From Chiloscyllium plagiosum (taxonomy: Eukaryota), in assembly GCF_004010195.1 (NCBI RefSeq), contig NC_057719.1, positions 42,431,820 through 42,495,819 on the forward strand: a DNA stretch of 64,000 nucleotides. The letters run 5' to 3'. Under the pieces are notes generated by a model. That model was not told the origin of the DNA and did no database searches. It saw only the letters and a list, made by a program, of their open reading frames with translations. The position numbers and the translations under genes are program-made. How positions within the stretch are numbered: the first letter of the stretch is position 1; each line of letters starts with the position of its first letter. This document shows, piece after piece, positions 37,363-49,269 of this stretch.

Positions 37363-38751
37363 CAGACCGATTAGCCTATCCTTGGTCGTGGGCAAGATCC
37401 TGGAGTCCATTGTGAAGGATGAGATTTCTGAATACTTGGAAGTGTACGGTAAAATAGGGCAAAGAAAGTATGGTTTCATCAAGGGGAGGTCATGCCTGAC
37501 AAGTCTGCTAGAATTCTTTGAGGAAGTAACAAGCATGTTAGACCAAGGAGAGCCAATGGATGTTTTCTACCTGGACTTCAAGAAGGCCTTTGACAAGGTG
37601 TAGCACAGGAGGCTCTTAAGCAAGATAAGGGCCCGTGGTGTTAGAGGCAAGGTGCTAGCATGGATAGAAGCTTGGCCAACTGGCAGAAAACAGAGAGTGG
37701 GGATAAAAGGGTCCTTCTCAGGATGGCAGCCAGTGACAAGTGGTGTTCTGCAAGGTTCCGTGTTGGGATCACAACTTTTCATTTTATAACAAAAATGATC
37801 TAGATGAAGGAACGGAGGGCATTCTGGCTACGTTTGCAGATGATACAAAGATAGGTAGAGGGACAGGTAGCATTGAGGAGGCGGGGAGGCTGCAGAAAGA
37901 TTTGGACAGGTTAGGAGAGTGGGCAAAGAAGTGGCAGATGGAGCACAACGTGGGAAAGTGTGAGGCCATGCACTTTGGTGGGAAGAATAAAGGCATGGAC
38001 TATTTTCTAAATGAGAAGAAAATTCAGAAGTCTGACGTGCAAAGAGACTTGGGAGTTATAGCTTTAAAGGATTGTCTCAAAGTAAACTTGCAGGCTAAGT
38101 TAGTAGTTAGGAAGGCAAATGCAATGATGGCATTTATTTTGAGATAACTTGAATATAAAAGCAGGGATGTACTTCTGAGGCTCTATAAGGTCAGACCACA
38201 TTCAGAGTATTGTGTGCAGTTTTGGGCCCCATATCTCAGGAAGGATGTACTGGCCCTTGAGCGGGTTCAGAGAAGGTTCACCAGAATGGTCCCAGGAATG
38301 AAAAGCTTAACATATGAGGAACGTTGGAGGACTCTGGGTCGATACTCGATGGAGTTTCGAAGGATGAGGGGGGAATCTAATTGAAACATATAGAATACTG
38401 AATGGTCTGGACAGAGTAGATGTTGGGAAGATGTTTCCATTAGTAGGAGAGACTAGGACCCAAGGGCACAGCCTTTAGAGTAAAGGGAAGACCTTTTATA
38501 AGGGAGATAAGGAAAAACCTCTTCAGCCGGAGAGTGGTGAATCTGCGGAATTCATTGCCACAGAAAGCAGTGGAGGTCAGGTTATTGAGTATATTTAAGA
38601 CGGAGATAGATGGGTTCTTGAGTATCAAGGGAATCAAGGGTTACGTGGAGAAAGTGGGAGAATGGAGTTGTAAAATTTATCAGCCATGATTGAATGGTGG
38701 AGTAGACTTGATGAACTGAATGGCCTAATTTCTGCTCCTATGTCTTATGGT
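37363..38751 (+). mobile_element. CR1 LINE RT 3' part
   Basis: YRPISL..GRSCLT..DFKKAFDKV, FADDTK, tail CTGCTCCTATGTCTTATGG. Confidence 0.92.
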
Positions 38752-39855
38752 GTTACTTTTCGTATTTTCCTTATTTTCCTCACTTTTCCCTTACTTGTAC
38801 TTCAGTTCACTTTATCTTTGTCAGTTGCCACTATTCTCCTTTATTATCCTTTCTTTTGTTCCTCAAATTTTATCATTTCTAAAACAATAACAATGTATTG
38901 CTTTTCTTGCTTTTCCAAAATACTCTCATTTTCAATGTGAAATATTTTCCAAATGGGGTAAAATGGCTAAGCAAGATCAGGGAAGGCACCCAGTATTCTT
39001 TCCTGTGATAGAAACTATTACAGTGAATGCTGGGCTCAGCTACTCTCCCTTTATCTAACTTTGTGGCTGACTGCCCGTATTTCAAAGAGTTCTCCCTGTA
39101 GGGGATCTCGCTACAAATGTCACTAACAGCAACAGTTACTGGGGGAACAAACAAAAACACAATCACCCGCTTGCAACACATAAAGGATTAAAATATCAGT
39201 CTTTAGAATCACATTGTATGTCGCTTGATTTTTCACTTTTCCTCTTTTTAAGTGCCTACATCACATTGTTAACAGAACATAGAGCATATAACTCAAGAAC
39301 TGTAACTGATCATTTCAACAGTACAGCAGAGGACAAATGCATAAAGTTAAATGGTAGAAGTCAATGGTTAGAAAATTTGAATAGGCATTGAGTCATGAAA
39401 ATTATAACACAAATGTCCATTTAGCCCATCATACTCATTCAAGTACTGGCATTTCAAGTGAAATTTCTTGCTCTTTTCCATATTCTTTTATATATTATTT
39501 TTACCATAAACCTGGTTAATTAGTCTTATCCAAGTTAGACTCTACCTTAATAAACAAATAGCAACATATTCCACTTTTCTAATAAATTTGTGAAAAATAT
39601 TCTTGAAACTGTCCTATTTATTTCCCTGGTAATAGTTTTCACATTACAAATTTTTGGTTTGTCATTTCAAAAACTTAGAACATGACTGCTAAATCTCCTC
39701 AAGCCTTTTTGGTCTGGTTTAATATTTCAAATCCTTCTTTATAATCTCATCGTTATGTAAATGAAGACTAAATGCATGTTCCTTAGATATAAAACCCTCA
39801 TCAAGAAAGAAAAGGCACCAAAAATTAAACAAGATGGAATTCTCCCATTATCAAC

Positions 39856-40465
39856 AGCGACAATACTATAGCTTTAAAGGATGTATTTTGTCCTTTTTTT
39901 TGAAAATGAAAAGACATTGAGACAGAAGCACCGAACAGTCAAATCCAAGCAAATAAGGTAAATAGCTTATAAGGCCTTTGATCATTTTTTTTAAAAGGTG
40001 AAACATAAGAAGCAGCATGAATGGGTGGAGTCAGGTTCCCACAGAACCAGGGTTTTAGTTTAGCTTTCAGCAGTTGTTGGGGTTTTGAAGTTGGCTATGG
40101 AAGCTGCCTCTCTCTCTCCCTCTCCCTCTCTCTCTGTTACAGCTAAAAGTTTGGGTTTTTTCTGATGTCAGATCACATGTGAGACAATCTACTTTACCGA
40201 GTTTGCCTTTACCAAGGGTGTGTTTATGGGATGTTACTATATTGGAATAATTGCTGTTTAGCAGTTAGATAACATATTATTCTGTTAAGATTTCCAATGG
40301 AGTTAAGATATTTCAATTCTTCTTTCTTCTGTTGTATTCTTATCCTACAGTTAAAATAAAATGTGTTTTGCTTAAAGCCGAGTAGCATAACCAATTGAAT
40401 TAAAAGTTAAGGTATAGGCTATCTACTTGATATATTTAAAAGGAGGTTTGGTCTGGTCCACAACA
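39856..40465 (+). mobile_element. Solo LTR (Gypsy-like); homologous copy at ~51842-52460
   Basis: Colinear similarity between the two loci (ATGGGTGG.GTCA..CCCACAGAACCAGG, TTTGCCTTT.CCAAGGG.TGTGTTTATG, AATAAA.TGTG); ends ...AACA; possible CAAC TSD. Confidence 0.65.
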
Positions 40466-40599
40466 CAACCAAACCATTTAGCAAGTGAGATTCATGTAGT
40501 CCGGATTGCGATGGCTGACAATGACATTTTTCACCCAATCTTCAGTTTTTCACATTATTAATTATGGATTTGGATCGTATGCATCTTTCTAATGGAATC

Positions 40600-41260
40600 A
40601 CATGACTGGAGAGATAGAAATACTGGTCACTGCTGGGGCCTCCCAGTGTTAATGTTACTGTCACCCCCAACTGTACACCACCTAAGATGCTGTAAGCAAG
40701 GAACTGCACTTCAGACTATGATGCTTGAATGTCTACATTCAGGACACGGCCCAGAGAGGTAAGATCCTCAGCACATTGACTGGGACCTTGGTGGTAATTG
40801 ACAGAGAGGAGGGCAGTGCTGCATCATGCTAATTTGCAAAAGGAGGCCATGACACCAGAAACACAGTCAGCCTGGACTGAGACAGCAATCCATGTTAACA
40901 CAGTGGCCCAACCAAAATACAACACACAGCCGTGCAGCAAGAAGGCTAATGATCTTTTAATCTCCACAAGAGTAAATGCCACCAATTTCTCCTTGCTACC
41001 TTACACTCACTTTAATTCTGTCATTACACACCCATTTTCCCAAGGCTTGTGAACTATACATCTATTAAGTGCAGTGTGTCCATTCAAAGGCGCTCATCCA
41101 TCCAAGCTATTAATTCTTCTTGCTGTCTGCAATTCCCAATCACTCTCAATCAAAGCTGAGAGCCACAAGATGTTTCCTGTGAAGGTGCACAGGTATGCTT
41201 GTTCTTGCATGCTACACAACCTGGGAAAAGAATGCAAGTCATTGGCATCCCTGACCTCCA
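40600..41260 (+). mobile_element. Possible highly decayed PIF/Harbinger transposase remnant
   Basis: Translation PVKV...CSCMLHNL matches the C-terminal CxxLHN motif of Harbinger/HARBI1-type transposases; the rest is barely recognisable. Confidence 0.35.
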
Positions 41261-41974
41261 ATATAAAATCCTGAGATTGAGGTAATATGAGAGTTGGATG
41301 GAGATCAGACCTGATGACATGGCAAGAGTGATGGTGTGCCAATGCTAGTTTGTGTGGGTGAAGGTTGGAGAAGGTCCATAGAGTATGCAGAGACATAGAG
41401 AAGAAGATAGAGTTAGATGAGATCCAGGGAAGTAAGCGATGAGTGGATGCCACCAAGTAACTGTTCTTTCATGTTGGGATTTTGCACCATCTAGTTCCTC
41501 AGGGAAGGAGAATTGGAAGTAGAATATAAATGAGGAGAGTTGAGCTAATAAGGAGATGCAAATACTTTGTAATAAAAGTAGTCGCCACTTAATAGTGAGA
41601 TTCTGATCTTGCCAAATGAACCTTATAGGGAAAATAGGGACACTTCTTCTTCAAGTCAAGATTCCATGTTTTCCATTCTTGCTGCATTTTCCCCAACTTT
41701 CTTGCCATTGCCCACATCAATCAAGGGCATGGAAAATTGGATTCATGTTCTTGAAAGGCACCGATAATACACTAAGTCTACAACAGACTTTTGTCTTCTT
41801 TAAAAAATTCTTGAAAATTATTTGACTACTGAAATAAGTAAGGAATATTTTAGACATGTATTACGAATGAATTTGCTGGTGATTAAAATTCTGTGCTGTA
41901 AAGAAACAATGTGCAGTTTTAACTGAGCTGATCAGCATTGTTACTGATAAACACACATCCTTTATAAAACATAC

Positions 41975-42086
41975 CGTTCCTCTGGGCTATCAACATGAAA
42001 TGTTCTTTCTATTACTGCAGTCCACTGGAGACACCGGATGATAAATGTGTTTGATTTTGGTCGCTCTGTCTTCATCAGTTGACATT
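41975..42086 (-). CDS. AKT1: AKT1-like coding exon 3 ([38 protein letters not shown])
   Basis: ttag|AATGTCAA ... GAACG|gtatgt; 112 bp; translated by hand, not in the ORF track. Confidence 0.95.
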
Positions 42087-42294
42087 CTAACGGAAAGATA
42101 AAATTAGCTTACACTTCCAAATATCAGACTTTCACTTGATCTCTACTTCCAGGCATAATTATAAATACAACTCTGATAACACAACACTCACTTCCCATCT
42201 CCAACTTCATATTTCATCTTTTGGAAAGGCAGGATGTTCAATGAAAAAGCCCACTTAGCTAAGGGATTTGTGGGGTAGGCAAAATGGAGAAATA

Positions 42295-42388
42295 GGCCTG
42301 AAGAAGGGCTTATGCCCGAAACGTCGATTCTCCTGTTCCCTGGATGGTGCCTGACCTGCTGCGCTTTTCCAGCAACACATTTTCAGCC
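42295..42388 (+). mobile_element. 94-bp Penelope-derived mini-insertion with intact minimal hammerhead core, 15-bp TSD
   Basis: CAAAATGGAGAAATA at 42280-42294 and 42389-42403; CTGAAGA-A-GGGC TTAT GCCC-GAAAC-GTC at 42298-42325. Confidence 0.85.
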
Positions 42389-42677
42389 CAAAATGGAGAA
42401 ATATAACATTGATCACTGGGTGAGTCAATCAAAGATGGTGCACCTTTCACCAATCAACTTAACAGAAGTATTGGTTGACACAGCAGTTATGGCATGTGGA
42501 ACACAAAGTAGTCTTTGACATGGAAGGGAATGTAAAAATGAAAAAAAGAGTTTAAGAATAGGCGTCTAATAATCTGACAGTAGAACATATTTTCAGTTCC
42601 AGTAATCTTACTAGATTTACAATTTTAATACAGACATAAAATACACGGAGATGATATGGGATGAAAAATAACAGTGT

Positions 42678-42997
42678 GGGCGGCATGGTGGCACAGTGTT
42701 TAGCACTGCTGCCTCACAGCGCCAGAGACCTGGGTTTAATTCCCACCTCAAGCGACTGACTGTGTGGAGTTTTCACATTCTCCCCGTGTCTGCGTGGGTT
42801 TCCTCTGGGTCCTCTGGTTTCCTCCCACAGTCCAAAAATGTGCAGGTTAGGTGAATTGGCCATGCTAAATTGCCAGTAGTGTTAGGTGCAGGGGAAAATG
42901 TAGGGGAATGGGTCTGAGTGGTGCTCTTCAGCGGGTCGGTGTGGACTTGTTGGGCCGAAGGGCCTGTTTCCACACTAAGTAATCTAAGTAATCTAAT
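42678..42997 (+). mobile_element. HE1-type V-SINE, full length
   Basis: GGGCGGCATGGTGGCACAGTG head, V-domain, AGTAATCTA tail. Confidence 0.9.
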
Positions 42998-43889
42998 AAC
43001 TGGAATAGACGTTGGAGGTAATACAAAATATCAGAATGGGAGGCATTTAACTATGTGATGGATAGGGCTCAGCCTAAAACTCTAACTAAGAGCAAAGGAC
43101 TTCCAAAAGCTCAAACCAAAACCTAAAAGTTAAAGAGTGCAATACAATTTATTTGGGTGGTATAACAGAAGGAAAGCAGAAGTGGAAAAGCACAAATATA
43201 GAATAGAAACATAAATAGAGAAAATAGGCTATTCATCCCATCCAGCCCACTTTTTCATTCAACAGGATTATGGCTGATCTCTTGCTTCAATGTCACATTC
43301 TCATTCTCTTCCCATATACCTTGACATCTTTGGTCTCGAGAAACCTTTTTTGTCTTGAACATATTCAGTGATTTGGCCTTCACATCCTTCTCTGCTAGAG
43401 AATTCTACAGGTGCACCGCCCTCTCACAATTAAGAAATTTGAATCCTAAATGGCATACCATACATCTTAAGACCATGATCTCTAGTTCTGAACTACCCTG
43501 CTAGAGGAAGTTTCATCTCTGCATCCAGTACATCCAGCTTTGTCAGAATTTTCCACACTTTAATGAGATTGCCTCTCATTCTTATAAAGTTCAGTGAATA
43601 CACATCTTGTCGACCCAGTCTCTCTTCATGACAAATCTGCCATTCCCTATCACAGTATGGTGAAACTATACTGCGGTCCTTCTATGACTTTCTTTGGTAG
43701 GAGAACAAACTGCACAGCCTGCTAGAAGGTCCCTTTGGACTTTAACATTTCCCAAAACTATTACCATTTATTTATAAACAAAAACAGAAATTGCTAGAAA
43801 AACTCAGTAGGTCTGGTGCATCTGTGGAGAGAAATCAGAGTTGATGTTTCAGGCCCAGTGACCCTTCTTCAGAATTTCAGTTCTGAAAG

Positions 43890-45390
43890 CAAGGATAGCA
43901 GCAGGTACTGGAGCACAACTCTTCAGTACTATTGCTGGAATGTTGTCAGGGCCCATAGCCTTTACAGTATCCAGTGCCTCCATCCATTTCTAGAATGAAT
44001 CAAGTTGGCTGAAGACTGTCATCTGTGATCCTGCTCACCACTGAAGGCGGCCAAGATGCATCATCTACAGTACTTGGCATTTCAGGCTAAAGATTGCTGT
44101 GAATGCTTTTGCCCTGATGATTTGGATTCTTCCATCATAAATGATGGGGATATTTCTGGAGCCTCCTCCTCCAGTGAGTTGTTTAACTGTCCACCACCAT
44201 TCACAACTGGTTGTAGGGAGGTGATGGCCTCGTCGTGTTATTGTTGGACTGTTAACCCGGGCAATGCTCTGGGGACCTGGATTCGAATCCCAACATAGCA
44301 GATGGTAGAATCTGAATTCGATAAAAGAAAATCTGGAACTAAAGTCTAATGATGACCAGGAATCCATTGTTAATTGTTGGAGAAACACATCTGGCTCACT
44401 AATGTTCTTTCGGGAAGGAAGCTGCCATCCTGTCCTACATTTGACTCCAGACCCACAGAAATGTGATTGACTCTTAACTGCTCTCTGGGAAATTAGAGAT
44501 GGGCAATAAATGCTGGCCTAGCCAGCAGCGCCCTCATCCCATCAGCAAATGTTTTAAAAATGCGGCAGGACTGCAGGGCTTAGATCTGATTCATTGATTG
44601 TGGGTGGCTCTGCCTATCACTTGTCACCCATGCTGCTTGGCATGCAAGTAGTCCTGTTTGGTAATTTCACCAGGTTGGCACCTCATCTTTATCCATGTCT
44701 GGTGTAGGTCCTGGCATGCCCTGCTGCACTCTCCATTGAACCATGTTTGATCCCCTGGCTTGATGGTAATGGTTAAGTGGGGAATATGCCAAGCCATAAG
44801 GTTGCAGATTGTGTTGGAGTACAGTCCTGCTGCTGTTGATGGCCCACAGGGCCTCATGGTTGCCCAGTCTTGAATTACTAGATCTGTTCAAAGTCTGTCC
44901 CATTTAGCACAGTGATAGTGCCAGACAACACGATGGAGATAGTTCTCAACATGAAGGCAGGACTTTGTCTCCACAAGTTTTATACGGTGGTCCTTCTTCT
45001 CAATACTGTCATGGACTGATGCATCTGCAGCCGGTAAAGTGGGTACAATGAGGTCAAGTATGTTTTTTCCCTCTTGTTGGTTCCCTCATGACCTTCCACA
45101 GACCCAAACAAGCAGATATGTTCTTTAGGACCCACCAGCAGTAGTACTGCCACTCTTGGTGGTGGACATTGAAATCCCCCACCCAGAAGGCATTTCGCCC
45201 TCTTGCCATCTTGAGTGCTTCTTCAAAGTGTTGTTCAACATGGAGGAACACTGATTCACCTGCCAATGAAGGATTGTATGTCATAATCAGCAACATTAGC
45301 CTGAAGCCATGAGACTTCATGGGGTCTGGAGTCAAGGTTGGGGCAAATCCTTTCCGACAGTGTGTCACTGCACCACCACCACCTCTGCTG
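43890..45390 (-). mobile_element. Second LINE family, endonuclease region, with a nested + strand tRNA-derived SINE (~44215-44545) sharing the GGGCAATAAATGCTGGCC tail
   Basis: WVGDFNVHHQEW, REPTRGK, KPGDQTWFN; SINE B box GATTCGAATCC. Confidence 0.7.
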
Positions 45391-46605
45391 ACTTTGTTCA
45401 GACACCAGTTTTGTTTCTTAAATTAAAACAAAACTTAACAATTTGGTAAATACAATAACTTTAGCAGAGAAAAAAACAAACAAGTAATTAATTTCAATGT
45501 TTTAAACCCAAAACATTTGTTCTCAGCCCCCATTCATACAAAAAATGGAAAAACAAACAAATAGTTATGGGATAAGTAAAACAAAACTGGCCAGATTATT
45601 TAAATGCTTTTCATGATGCATTGTTTCATAGGCACAAATATGAACTCCTTGGTTGCTCTTCTGGAGATGTTGATCAGCATCACTTTTTCAGTTCAGTCAG
45701 ATACATATAGTAATACCTCTAACTTAGCTTTCTACTCTCCTGACCTCCAAAAGCTGGTAAGAAAGTTAGGTAAGCATGTTTTAAAATCTTCAGGCTGTGT
45801 CACCATCACCAGAACACTTCTCCACAGAATACATAGTCCCAAAAAAAAAATCCACTCTGGTACTGCCCTGATAAACTGACTGCCTTTTCCTCGGGCCTCA
45901 ATTACCATTGCCATCTGCTTGAATATATGATCAATTCCCAGGTACTGACCTTGTTAATAGCCAACTTCTGCTGTCTGTTTAAATACAGTGCTCTTCCGGA
46001 TGTCCCTGTGTCTGTATGAACTCTTTTAATCAAGAAACAGTCTGCAGTTAAATTCTAGGCCTGGCCCCATAAACAAAAGCTTAGTTGGTTTGTTCTTTTC
46101 CTTTTACCACAAGCTGTTTTCTCAAAGTCCAAAGACCATCTTCAGCTCATAATTCCCAATTCATAGCTCCAAACTAAAAATTGATGGAAGAATAAAAGTA
46201 ATGAAAAGTCAGTGAGGATTCTCACATCAGTTTTCAGTCTCACTAACCTCTCCTGTATTATCTTTTTATGACGAAATCAGATTTCTTTCAATTGCCCCTT
46301 CCAAACAGACCTTTGCTTTTCTAGCTTTCCACGGAAGATATTTGTGTCTCCTTCTGTACAGAACTAAAGTTGTTCATTGATTGTTCTCTAATTTCCATTT
46401 TCTCCAGTCAGACAGTAAGCAGCTGACATTGATTTCCCTAACCTTTTCCTTTTTATATACTCATAGAAGATCTTGCTGTCTACTTTATGTTCCTTGCAAA
46501 TTCACACTCATGCTCTATTTTGTCCACTCATAATCAACCAAATCTCTTAGTCATCATTTACTGAAGTCTTAACTGTTTTCAATCCTCAAGTTTGCTATTT
46601 TGTAG

Positions 46606-47197
46606 AATAGAATTTTTAATAGAGTCCCAACAGAGTGGAAACAGGCCCTTTGGCCCAACAAGTCCACACCGACCCTCCGAAGAGTAACCCACCCAAACCC
46701 ATTCCGCTACCCTATTACTCTACATTTACTCCTGACTAATACACCTAACCCAAGTTAAAAATCACACAACAGCAGGTTATAGTCCAACAGGTTTAATTGG
46801 AAGCACACTAGCTTTCGGAGCGCCGCTCCTTCATGCCTGATGAACAACCACCTGATGAAGGAGCGTCGCTCCGAAAGCTAGTGTGCTTCCAATTAAACCT
46901 GTTGGACTATAACCTGCTGTTGTGTGATTTTTAACTTTGTACACCCCAGTCCAACACCGGCATCTCCGAATCATGACACCTAACCTACACATTCCCGGGC
47001 AATTTAGCATGGGCAATTCACCTAACCTGCACATCTTTGGATTGTGGGAGGAAACTGGAGCACCCAGAGGAAACTTACACAGACACAGGGAGAATGTGCA
47101 AATTCCACACAGACAGTTGCCAGAGGCTGGAATCAAACCCAGGTCCCTGGTACTGTGAGGCATCTGTGCTAACCACTGAGTCACTGTGCTGCCCCAC
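46606..47197 (-). mobile_element. HE1-type V-SINE interrupted by a palindromic PLE insertion
   Basis: SINE sequence resumes exactly after the ACACCTAACC duplication. Confidence 0.88.
46751..46975 (+). mobile_element. Palindromic Penelope-like insertion (second family) with minimal hammerhead core, 10-bp TSD
   Basis: ACACCTAACC at 46741-46750 and 46976-46985; 83-bp arms 46752-46834 and 46855-46937 with 1 mismatch; CAC-CTGATGA-A-GGAGC GTC GCTCC-GAAAG-CTA-GTG at 46849-46883. Confidence 0.85.
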
Positions 47198-49147
47198 ACA
47201 GTGTCTAGCAACTTCATAGACTCTTCGCTGGATCTAATACTATTTTGTTAGCCACAACTGTGTTACTTTCCCTGTTGTAATGCATGCATCCGTTCCTTAA
47301 ACATTTTTCATTGCTATCACCCATTATGCATTTTAGTAAACAGGAGTTTAGAGTGTCTCGAAGACATTGGCAAATTTATTGCTGAGATTAAAGAATACAC
47401 GCAAGTGATAATTAAAGAAAAGGTGAAGCTATTGAAGGATGTCAGCAGCAATCTTCAATGGAATTGAGATTCTCAATCATTTTGCTTTTATATTTAAAAG
47501 TCGAAGATGAAAGGAGGGGTCCTTGAAAGGAATGAGGAATAACTGACACACTTATTTCAAAACATTATGGCAAATGATAAATAGACAGCAAACCCAGATA
47601 GTCCAAGCTCCATGCAGCATATTAGCAATTAAAATCAGACATTCTAATCATATTTTTCATTTATTTTTATGTAGGAAAATATACATACTAAAGCACGAGA
47701 AGGTGACAAAGGTTACTTGACAAAGTTTAAATAAGAAAACCATCTGTCCTAACTACAAACTGTTAATTGCACATCAGAGGAAGAAAACTAGCGGAAACCA
47801 TTAGGGCTAACATTACTATACATTTGAAAAAGTATTATCTAATCAAGGACAGTCAACACAGATTTGTAAATGGTATGTCATGCTTGATTATTTCCATTGA
47901 ATTCTTTGAAAAATGAGAGCAAAAAACAAAGAATGCACTGAATTTGAATTTTCAAAAACTGTTTGATAAAGTGCCACATATGGGACACGATGCATAAATT
48001 AAAGTTAATGATATTCAAGGATAAAGGGATGGCTGAAGGATAAAACAACTAAACAATGACTAAATTAATGCTCTCAGACTGCCAAAATGTGCTAGAGGCG
48101 TGCCTCACGGATGTGTTGGAACCTTTCTCGTTCTCTAGATACGCAAATGACTTGCACAACAGCACAAATGATGTCAAATTTTGCTGATCTTAAAATTCGG
48201 GGAGACTGCAAGAGGATTTCGGCAGAATAGATAAATAGACAGATGTACGCTTGTCACAACTCAATATACATAGGCAGAAGCAATACATTTGCAGGGGTGA
48301 GGTAGGTGTGAGAGGCAGAATGTGAGTCTGTTTAAAATCATAAAAGTCACCAAACGGGGCAATCAGGGGTACAACCTTATTTTAATTAGGCAAAAAAATC
48401 GACACAAAGGGTAATTAAAGACACAACATTGGGGCTTGCAATGTAAAACAAGAGGCAGTATAAACTTTCAGAAATATTTCTTGGGTGTTTCTCATGGATT
48501 ATTAAGGACTCAGGGCAGGTTCTTTAAGTCCTTAAATCCATACAACACAGAAAGCGATGATTCAGTCCCTCATACATGCCAGCTCTCTGCATCTGCAAAT
48601 CACTTAGTTCCACAGGAAACCTGCCTTTCCTCCATAAACCTAAAAATCTCTTCAGACAATGTCCAATTCCTTTTTGAAAGCTTTAATTGACTCTGCTTCT
48701 ATTCAACTCTCAAGCAGTGCAATCAAGATTCTTAAACCTCAAGGCATAAAAAAGATTTCCTCACGTTACTTTAAACTTGTCTCTTCTGGTACTCAATCCT
48801 TCCACCAAAGGCAACATTCTTTTACTCCAACCTACTCTGTCTAGATGGTTCATGATTTTGAGTACCTCTACCAAATCTCCTCTCAACATTTCTCCAAAAA
48901 GAGAACTGATCTATTTAACCGAAGTTCACTATCACCTAGACCATTCTCTTGAATTCTAATCAGAATATAATGTGCCATTCTTGATGTGAAGGCATTAGAG
49001 AGGCTGCAGGTGAAGCCAAACTAATACTTACACAGATTTTACACTTTTGCACTCTATGCAACTATATATAAATCCTAGGATCCCTAAAGCTTTATTAGCT
49101 GCTTTCTCAACTTGGCTTGTCATCCTCAATGACTTGCACACAAATCC

Positions 49148-49269
49148 CACCCTCCTTCCCTCCAACCCCAACACCTCCCCCACCATCACCGACCTCCCCC
49201 TCCACCCCCCCAACTGCCCCACACACACACACACACAGAAACACACACACACACGCGCGCGCGCACACA
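49148..49269. repeat. C-rich tract followed by a (CA)n/(CG)n microsatellite inside a decayed minus-strand CR1 (~48420-49430)
   Basis: Multiple CCC-CCCCCC runs, then acacac...acacgcgcgcgcgcacaca. Confidence 0.85.

Noticed and set aside
46752..46937. Long inverted repeats as TIR DNA transposon/MITE or pre-miRNA (also 32428-32622)
   Set aside because: One arm is extended asymmetrically and TSD lengths vary (10-15 bp). For the 32428 family the same sequence occurs as single-arm inserts and next to a GIY-YIG ORF end, which fits Penelope-type retroposition; the 46752 family is assigned by analogy
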